Assembly (NCBI RefSeq): GCF_009914755.1
Contig: NC_060933.1
Reading direction: 5' to 3' (one strand)
Length of the DNA stretch: 64,000 nucleotides
DNA from: the human T2T-CHM13v2.0 reference genome, Homo sapiens
Shown here: piece by piece, positions 51,324-64,000 of the stretch
How the letters are laid out: each line of letters starts with the position of its first letter
Position numbering within the stretch: position 1 is the stretch's first letter
Notes under the pieces: generated by a model
The model's input: the letters and a program-made list of their open reading frames with translations, nothing else
What the model was told of the DNA's origin: nothing
The model's database searches: none
Position numbers and translations under genes: made by a program

Positions 51324-54300
51324 TCTTGAGTGTAAATTGTAAAACACAAGCCTTGCAAGTATTTTGAAATTAAAATGTCTTCTTTTTATATTTTCTGGTT
51401 GCTAATTCTGTATAAATTAATTAAAGCCAAACTTCTCTCTTTCTCTAAAAAAAAAAGGAATTTCCAAAGACACCAAAATACTAAATTAGTAAGATTGTCT
51501 ACACTGCTTCACTAAATTTAATTTACTTCATCCACATCTGAGAAGCCTCCTGAATATATTCAGAAAGCTCAGTTAATAAGTTTAATAATTTTTTGTTTTA
51601 GAAGTGAAATGACAATGATTTAGAAAAAGGAAATTGCTTTCAAATTTATATAATTACACAGCCCAATTAAAATAGATAATAGCTATAAAGTTTCTCACCC
51701 ATAGAAAACACTCAATAATGTTAACTAATATTACCTTTTAGTGTAGCAATATAACTATGTTTTTATACCATTGTTGGCATTATTTAATTTGAAGAAATAC
51801 TGTATAAAATGAAACTGCAATAATCAAAAAATACTGATGGAAAAGACTGCCCGTTGATGACAGAGTGCCTGCCATGTACAGTCAAGCAGGTTGGACACTG
51901 CTCATTCCCATCTGCACCACTCATGAAAACCCCAATACAACAGCATGCCCTAAAGATATGTCAGGCATCACAACACAACCTACTCAGCAGCTACTGATAG
52001 ATGCTATTACTAGAAAAGCTGTTCTTCATCTCATTACTGAAGCAAAATATAGAGACCTTTTCAGTGCACAGTAAAATTAATTGTAACTGAAAATGGAAGG
52101 AGCAGCACTCACATTCACATTCAGAAACCAGCCTCTCTGTTAACTCTGAGCATATTTGCAACAGAATCCAAATGCTACAGCTGAGGTTTCCAGCAACTTG
52201 TACGTGCACAAAACAGCTAAAGAGCCTGGCTAACAGCCCTTGTCTAGTTTGCCTGTGGGTGATGATCTCTAATGATGGAAGCAATGCAATATTGGGCGTC
52301 AGCAGAACAAATGCCTTAAAATGAGGATACTAATGACACTTAACTATCTCACAAGGCTGTGGATAGGATCGAACTGAGAGAAAGCACTTTGGGGACAATA
52401 TGGTGACATCAGAATATAATGAATCATCTGCAATTTGCACTTAACTTTGCTAACCTCCTAAGTAAAGACTGGAGTCTGGGTGCCTTGGAGTAACTCTAAA
52501 CCCACATGGCAATGTCTTTCCTATGTGAAATCTGCCACTGTCATTGCTGTCATCTGGCTGAAAACAAACTGGTTCACTTTGCAGCAGACATTTCTTCAGC
52601 CTTACTTCCTGCTCTCTCCCCCGTGAGCATGAAGCCTATCTTCAGGCTAGGAGGCTTTGGTGGGTGGCATCATTAGGAACCACCATACTAGTTCCCTTGG
52701 AGGCACCCTGAGACAGCCCATGCTGGCATCCAACTATGGAATGCCCATTAAAACAACTATGGAATACCCATTAAACCTCCAGAGCAGTGGTATAAAGAAA
52801 GCACCACCATTCAGCTGGGAGGAAGGTGTTTTAGAACATAATAGAGGCTTTTATAGATGCCACAATGATTGGAGGGGCTAGTGTCATTTGATGGGTAGGG
52901 GTCGGGGATGCCAGACATGCTGAAATGTGTAGGAGAATTTCACAAAATGAAGAATTATTTTGTATACCACACAACTTTCAAATGTCAAATATCAGATATT
53001 ATCCATACAGATGGAACACCTATTTATAATGATCTGTTTTACATTTAAACAAAAAGCATTTGGGGTGTAATTTTAACATATTTTAAGTTTTTCAGGAATA
53101 CAACCTCTGGGTAAATTCAGGGAAGATCTTTGCTGAGGATTTAGCAGTTCAGAATATCACATCATCATCAGGGATGCTAAGGAGTTGAGTTGCCTACCTC
53201 ATGGCACATGTCACCACCCTGCGTCTGTTGGGTGGTTCCCTTGATGCCCATTTTCCCCTTATTCAAAGTATCTCACACTTTGATTCTGCCTTCTAGTGAG
53301 TCATGCTTGAGAAAAACCTTTGGAAATTCTTATTACAAATAATTTTCTCCTAATTTCTCCTTATATTACAGTTAGAGCATTATTTTGACTTAGTTAAGTG
53401 TAGGTAGACTGTGTTTTCTAAAAGTTACACCTCAGGATGGTAGCGAGAACATTACAAGGTTTTTGTTTTTTAGGGGGACACTGGACCTGAAAGTATGACA
53501 ACCACAGCTCAAGCACATGTGAAACTGTCAGGTCTCTATAGATGTCTCATAGTTGTTACTAACCAGACCCATTCCTCCTGAGGTGGGCTAAACTGAGTGA
53601 TCTAATGTTGATCATCTTGGCAATACTTGCTCTGGGAGGCATGCTGTACTCTTGAATTCAGGGTAAAAAGGAGAAAGGTGAAGGAAGAGTGGGAGAGGAA
53701 AAAAGAGCAGATCACCACTCCACTTCTGGAAAATATGATGGAGTGAAAAGAGCAGTGGCCTAAGACACCTGGACTCAGGTTCCCAGCTAAGCCACGGCTA
53801 TCTGAACAACATTAGGCATGCCACTTCAGTTCTATAGTCTTGGACTTTTTACCTGCAAAATGGACCAGACCCTCCCCAGTCCAGCATTCTGTGGCTCCAT
53901 CTTAGACTATGTCTGTCCATAAACTGTCCTACTTAAAGTTATATGTAGAAAGAGAAAAGGAGACAGGGGCACTAAGATTTTTAATAAATGTCTACTCGGC
54001 TGGATACTTTAAATATATGAGCACGTGATATTCATAAGTCATGAGAAAAATGAGGCATAGGCAAGTTAAGGTCACAAAATTAGGAAGCAACAGAGCGGAG
54101 GTTTGTATCCATGCCTGTCTGATTCCAAAGCCCATGCTTTCTCCAAACTTACCATGTTGGCTGAAGAGAAGGAGATCTGAGAAGCCCAGAGAGACTCTCA
54201 CTTCTTAACTAAGGGGGAAGAAGCTTCTCTGTTACTGGCCCCATTTCATCTGCTGAACCCATGGTGTCCTTACATGTAGGGTGCCCATTCATCCCCATTT

Positions 54301-54891
54301 GCCTGGAACAGTCCCACTCTATGTCTGTCATAGTGTCAGTATGGCAGTATTGTTAAAATTCCCTTTTCACTCTCAAATAAATTTTATGATAACTTAATTA
54401 TAAGTAAGCTCTCCTGTGATGGTATCATAGCCACGATAGAAGCCACACACATACACAAAAACCACTGGCTGTTGCGGGACTTAATGACTTAGGTTAGAAA
54501 TAAAATAAACTTTATTACTATACTCTCTACATGTTCTATCAGTCCCTCAAATGTTTTCTATTCACAATAAGCAGCATGCAGACTTCTAAAATTTAGTAAG
54601 ATAGTATACCATTAACCTCACATGTGACTCCTTTATCGCTCCTTTTTGGAGGATAAAGTTTAATACTTCAAGCGAAACTCCTGTCCCATGGGTTTAAAGA
54701 AAAATCCTAAGAATGACATTTACTTTTCCAGATGAGAGTTTTTACTTTCAGCAATGGACACTGCAGAAGATCTAATACTACAAATGTTCCTGGTGCCTCT
54801 GAATATCTTTGGGAGTCACCAATTCATTCTATTAAAAACCTATGAAGAGTCATTCCAGTGACTCAGGAAAGTATCCACAAAAGGAAACTTA

Positions 54892-54892
<1 letters not shown>

Positions 54893-54947
<55 letters not shown>
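54893..54947. repeat. (CA)n microsatellite
   Basis: Seen directly. Confidence 0.98.
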
Positions 54948-54948
<1 letters not shown>

Positions 54949-57239
54949 CAGATCCTAATACTCTCCCATCGCTGCTCCCCAGCTGAAATCTGGAACACTG
55001 CCTCTCATGTAAACATCTTCTCCTGGGACTCAGGGCTGCCAGCATAGGCTGGCATTCTTCTTGTTCTTCTTTCCCCATCCTTAGGCTTCATCCTTGCAGA
55101 CTAAACTCTCTCTTCTCCAAGTAGCCATCATTTGCCAGCCTCTTGGTTATGCCTCTACTTTTGCTGACCATCTTGACACCATGGTCAGTTGCTCTCCGCA
55201 CCTGCTGAAATGGCTCTCACAAAGTCTCCAATGATCACCATATTGCTAAAGCCAATGAGTGTTTTCTTCTGTCCTCCTACAGATCACTCAACCTCTGAGG
55301 TTCCATACTCTCTTGGTTTCCATCCAATGATTCTAAGCTACCTCTGTCTTCACAGTCTCTTCACTACTTGTGAGGGCCTAAACTCTCTGCTCTTCTTGCT
55401 CTGTACCCTCTTTCTTGGTGTTTCAACCATATTTATGGCTCCAATATGCTACTACAGTATTGTTCAACCTGGTACTACAGGTCACCAGTGTCCCTTAAGG
55501 TTCTGCCAGCTGTCCCTTGAAAAGAGTGTTCCATGGTCAGCTAAGTTTGGGAAACTGCACACTCTATCACTCTTTTGGATATTACCATCAAGGTTAAAAA
55601 TCCAAACTCTGAAGTCACCTTTCTGGGTTCGAATCCTGGCTTTGTACTAATTGCCACCGACAGTTTCTTAATTACCTAATTGTGCTATTCCCAGTTTCCT
55701 CATCTGTAAAATGGGGAAAATTTCAGCACATACTGCATGCAGATATTGTGTGGAGAGGAATACCTGAGTTAATACATGCAAAGTGCCTGACACTGGTAAG
55801 CACTCAATAATATTACTACTAGTATATAAAAATGTCTGCAAGGTCCTGAATAGAAGAAATCAGTTTCATGTAACTCAATATTTCTCAAATTAATTCTCCC
55901 AGAGAACATAGAACACAACTTAGTTTGGAAAATCCATGTTGCTGAATCTCTGGTCTATCTCAACTCAGAACCCTCCAATGAGATTTACCAGGCAACTGTA
56001 CATAGGAACATCGACTTCAATACATCCAAACCCAAATGCATCATCTCCCTCCCAACTCTTTACCTCCAATAACACACACTATGTAGTAAATGACACCATA
56101 TTTTCTTCAGTTTCTTATATCAGCAATCCAAGGATTGGCCAAAATTACTTGTTTTCATGCACTGCTCACATCTGTCATTAACTTCTGCAAACTCTGCCAC
56201 CTTCTTCATTTTCAAAGTTATCCCTGCCTCTCCATTCTTATCACTTCTTAACTGGATGATAGCAATGGCTTCCTAACTGGTTTCCTTGATTTCAGTCCAG
56301 CTTCTTGTAAGTTGTTTCCAGAATAATCATTTTTAAATGCCTAATTATTTATATCAGTCCTCTTCTTAAAAGGTTTCTCAGCCTTTCAGGTTAAATATTA
56401 AATTAAACTCTTTAGCCTGGTACAAAAAGCATTACTCTACCACATACGCTTCCTCCCTGCCCACCTATTGAGGGGTTCCCATATGTGTCATGCTATGTCA
56501 TGCCTCTGTGTCTTTGCACAGACTGCTACTTCTTCCTGGAATGTCCTCTGCACCCAGATAGCTCTTACTCATCCTCTAAGACCCTATGTGTTATGTCCTC
56601 TGGGAAGGCTCTCCTATCCCCCACTCCCGGACTGAGATATATGCTACTTATCTGGTACTTTTCATGGTTGACTCCTTATGGCCCATTTCTCTCCAAATGA
56701 TTAGTCTAAGCCAGTCGTGGTAATTCCAGTCTCTTGGTCACATTTGGTTTTAAAACGGGCATATGGGCCAACCCTGAAAATAAAAATCAAAGGGGAAGAG
56801 GGGAGGGGGCCTGAGGGGATGGATTTTTGAGAAAGGTTTTTACTTCTAAGAAGATCATCCTGGAATGGTACAGACTCCTTATCTGTTGACATTGTTGTAA
56901 CTGAAAGAAACAGCAGAAACTGGCAGCCGTCCTATGGTGCTGACAGCAACGGCATGAGGGGAAGCTTGGCTGACTGAGAAGAGTGATGTAGAGATAAAAT
57001 GAAACTGGTCCTCAACCCTGGAATCCTCTCTGACTCTGGACTTGTCTTGGATAATAAATCACCTTATTATTTAAACCAGTGCTAATTAGAATTCCTCATT
57101 ACTTGCTGATGATGGCATCCTAAGTGATGCAGCTGTCATACCATCTTCTGGATCTCTTTATCTTCACAGTCAGTCATTACACTGTGCTGCAGATTTATTA
57201 TGGGTTTTTCCACTAAAATTTTATCTCCTGAAAGGAAGG

Positions 57240-60050
<2,811 letters not shown>

Positions 60051-60816
60051 AACACATCATGTATTATGTCATTATACAAATATAATCAATTTCATCTCAA
60101 TTCACTTAGAAGTCAGTTTCACACATGTGCATGAGATATAGCCAATTACAGACATTTTCCAGGTTGTATTTTGTGTTAATCAATTGGTAAAAACCACATT
60201 TATACATATAGCCACAGCTTCTTTCTTGCTGTAAGCTCTAACTTTTTAAGTTCCTATTTCAATTCCTATTTCCCTCAAGGACCATAAAATAACAAAATAT
60301 ATTTACAATGAAAAGGAAATTGGCAGAAGGTCAGTTCCAATTCTTTGGCCAATATTTTGAGTAAAGCTCTGCCTTGAGGATAAAAGTGGTGCTCTGCCTC
60401 ACCCCAGCAAGCAAGCAGATCTGAGCTCTGACCCTTTCAACAATGAAAGGAGGGGGAGCGTGTTGTGATCATCCATTCTGCCTTCTCCCTAATCTTCTCA
60501 TGTTATGGAACAATCTGGAGGTACACACCACCACTGCCTCCCTCTCCCTCCTGACTCACTGCTGACTAGGGTGTAATTTGTATTTATGACAACTTTATAT
60601 CATTTGGAACACACCCTCCTGTTTCCCCTTTGCACTGGCTTGCTCACCCTCCTTCCCACTCGTCTCTGCTTTTCTCCCTTCCTCTCTCTCTTTTCATCCT
60701 TATCAAAAACCTCTGACACCAAATTCACCCTGGGCCTCTCTCCACCAGCAGTGAGCAGGAAGCTGGAAGCCCGCACACTTCAGGAACAGGATGACAGCCC
60801 AGGGCACCACACATAC

Positions 60817-60982
60817 CAGTGTTACGAGCTGTGACCTTGGAGCCGAGTCTCAGCAGACGAACAAACACATTACTGTTGCAGTGGTTCACCATGTGCAATT
60901 GGAGGCTTCGTCGAGTCTGGATCTTGACCAAGCATTTTGCCATACTGGTTATTCCAATCCCCTTGGTCTCCTCGGCCTGCAT
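60817..60982 (-). CDS. FRMD3: FRMD3 internal alternative first coding exon (short FERM-less isoform)
   Basis: ATG at 60982, 55 codons (MQAEETKG...KVTARNT), donor ACTG|GTATGT phase 1, matching the phase-1 acceptor at 42306; gives a continuous 254-aa ORF. Confidence 0.75.
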
Positions 60983-61130
60983 GGCCCAGGGCAGCCTTTC
61001 CCTAACAGTCCATTCTGTTTTAAAGGACCTAGGCAGGACCCACTGAATGAATCAAATGTCAGGTTCCTAATGCGGCCAACAGAAATAACTCATGAGGGAT
61101 CAGCATTGGGAGGGGAGGAGGGAGGGGACG

Positions 61131-61140
61131 CTATTTTTAA
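61131..61140 (-). promoter_or_regulatory. MEF2/TATA-like site TTAAAAATAG ~150 bp upstream of the alternative first exon ATG
   Basis: Matches YTA(W)4TAR; G-rich tract at 61108-61127 adjacent. Confidence 0.5.
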
Positions 61141-61367
61141 ACTCTCCACTCACCCCTCTAACAAACAATGAAAGATTATGCATCATCCCTACTCTAGCCT
61201 TTCTAAACCTTCCGGACCAAAACAGAGGACCCTGTCCAAATGCCTCATCATTTCCTAAGAATCAAATGTCCCCAAAAGATAAGATGACAACTGGATAATT
61301 CCATAATGGAGAAATAACCCACTTTTTCTTCTAAAAATTGCTCCTCCAGCCTTTATTATATTCTACA

Positions 61368-61690
61368 GCAGTACTGTCCAGTAAGATTATAACACAAGCC
61401 ACTTCAAAGAGGGAAAAAAAGCATTTAAAAAGCAAAATAAATGTATTACAATTAATTTTAATAATGTGTTTTATTTGAAATCGAGATATTCAAATAGTAT
61501 CTCAACAGGTAATGATATCAAAATTTATTAATAATTAATCAACTCTTTTATTAATAAAGAGTTTGCATTCTTTTTTGGGACTAAGCCTTTGGAATTAGTG
61601 TGTGTTGCACACTGCACATGTATAGCACATCTCAATTCGAACCAGCTCCATTTCAAGTGTTCAGTAGCTATATATGGTTGCTGTCATGGT
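61368..61690. mobile_element. MER33-like hAT-Charlie element
   Basis: cagtactgtccagtaag...gcacatctcaattcgaaccagctccatttcaagtgttcagtagc; recognised from memory of the consensus. Confidence 0.6.
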
Positions 61691-63266
61691 AAGCTCAGCT
61701 CTTTTCAAAGTGCTGGATTCCTCACATGCCTTATCTCCATCTCATAACAATGCTAATCTTTTCTTCACTTTACAGATAAGGAAACGACAACTTAGAGAGA
61801 GTAACTGACCTGACCACAATCACGAAGTTAGTAAGTGGCAAAGCCATGATTTGAACCTAGGCTTCCAATTAATATCGGCTGACTAAAGTTAGTGTTCTAA
61901 ATGCAGGTGCCATGCAACCACTACATTCTGACTTTTCATGAAAAGGATGAGAAGAAAAAATTTTCCTCACACAATTTCAACACGCCTGCATACATTCTTC
62001 TACTTTAAATATCTGTCACCAAAAGATGATTTTCTAATAATCCTCTATGAAACAAAGGTTTATTCAGAGCAGGAATTGAAATTCCATGTTGTTATGCATC
62101 AATATAAAATTGATTTAGCATTTCTGGAAAGAAAATTAGCAAAATACATGGAGTTTTATAGCTGTGGTATTCTTTGAACCAGAAATTCCACTTTTAAGAA
62201 TTAACCCTGAGAAAATAATCAGAAATGCTGACAAAAACCTTAAGACAAAGATGTTCATCAGAGTATCATTTATTATAGCCAAAAATGTTTTTTAAGTCAA
62301 CCTATATTTCCAGTGGGAAAATGGTTAAATACATGTGATGAAATATTGCACAGACATTAAAATTCATGTTTAGAAGAATTTAATGATGTGAGAAAATGCT
62401 TGCAATATACTACTAACTGAAAAAAGCATCTTTATATAAATGGTGTGGCATCGACTATGTAAAACTGCACACAGGATAAATGTAAGACCAGACAGTAAAT
62501 CCCAGAAGGGAAAAAGGGTGTTGCCAGCCATGCACTGTGGCTGAGGTGGGGCAGGCCATTTCCAGGGACCTCAATGGGCCCCCCACTCCCCTCTCCTGGG
62601 TGAGCAGCCTCCAGTGTGGCAGAGGAGTTCCTACTCTCACAGGAGTTAGTTAATTTTCAACCCTGAAGCTTGAAAGGAAAATATCCCTAAAAGTTCTCAA
62701 AATCTTCAACCCTTTGCAATTCCCCCTGATTATATAATTCTGAGCAGAATCCCCAGGTTTAAAACAGACAGACTGACGCAAAGGTGGGGCCCAGGACTAG
62801 TACCTACTACACCTCCCTCACTAGTCACCAACAATGGTTCTTGAAGAACTACTAAAAATCTTTAGGACACTGAAGAACAAATCTGAAAATCACTGTTCAC
62901 AATAAATCACTACTTTGCAGTAACACACGATGAATTTCATAGATTAACCGGGGCTCATTTGCATGGCAGTAGGCCATGGCTCAATACTGAGGAAATCTCC
63001 CTTTGGCCTGTCTGAAGGGAATATAGATAAATCTTTATGTTTATCATCATGTTAAAACAACATATGACCTGACAGCTCACTTGAAACAAACAGACCTTCC
63101 AAAGACAAAAGAGAAAACAAGTAAAAAACCTGAAACAAAACTATCACCATATTTTATTTCTGTTTTTTTCTACCAGGATAGTTATTCTCCATAATTCTCA
63201 AGCTTAACATCTCACCATTGTTTCAAATGCCTCCTTCCTACCTTTCATTTTAAAAGTATTATTATC

Positions 63267-63527
<261 letters not shown>

Positions 63528-64000
63528 TTATTATTATTTTACTATAAACAAACAAACAAAAGTATTATTATTATTTTAACTATAGCCAGTCATAATATTT
63601 AGCATTTCACATGTTTTTCACTTTTTCCCCTCTTAAACCTGCTCTCACTCTTTACGCTACTTTTCAGAGATCGTAAGTAGATTCCTTTACTCTTGCTTTT
63701 TATGGATCTTCTCCTTTCATGGAGAAAGATAAGCTAGCAAGACAAGCATTCTATATTGCCTCAGCCATTTCTCTCTACCTTGTCTGACTCTGCCCACAGG
63801 GGTGTCTACCTTTCAAGAGGAACAAGAAAAGAGAGGTGGGAATATGGAACCAAGCCAAAGATTCTGCAGGATCCTGCACAGTGAGCATTGTTCTGGTTCA
63901 GGCCACTGTGCTCAACTGAACAGTATCAGTAGCACAACATTTGGATGCCCTTGAATACTGTTCCTGTTTCAATTCATTTGTTTGTCTGAGAATTGGGAAT

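Noticed and set aside
61301-61309. CArG (SRF) box near the alternative FRMD3 promoter
   Set aside because: CCATAATGG has only five A/T bases, not CC(W)6GG.

Overview
Primate (most likely human) genomic DNA, rich in Alu, L1 and LTR repeats. The right half holds the 3' end of FRMD3 on the minus strand. It includes the terminal coding exon (42306-41708), a ~3.3 kb 3'UTR with a perfect 31-bp hairpin, an alternative distal micro-exon (VSMQ*), and an internal alternative first exon (60982-60817) behind a MEF2/TATA-like site that would give a FERM-less membrane isoform. The middle is nested transposons: a Tigger1 split by a near full-length L1PA2/3 with a 3' transduction, a THE1 provirus with a nested LTR and an internal inverted duplication, and an old full-length L1 containing a younger L1 with a second 3' transduction. 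The left 13 kb appears to hold the remains of a lost multi-exon protein-coding gene on the minus strand. It has a CpG-rich promoter with X-box-like motifs, two small in-phase exons and a ~2.8-3.1 kb exon. That exon's frame can be rebuilt to roughly 800 codons by removing an Alu, collapsing a 29-bp tandem repeat and fixing a few frameshifts or stops. Gene and repeat names come from recognition by eye; no database searches were run.
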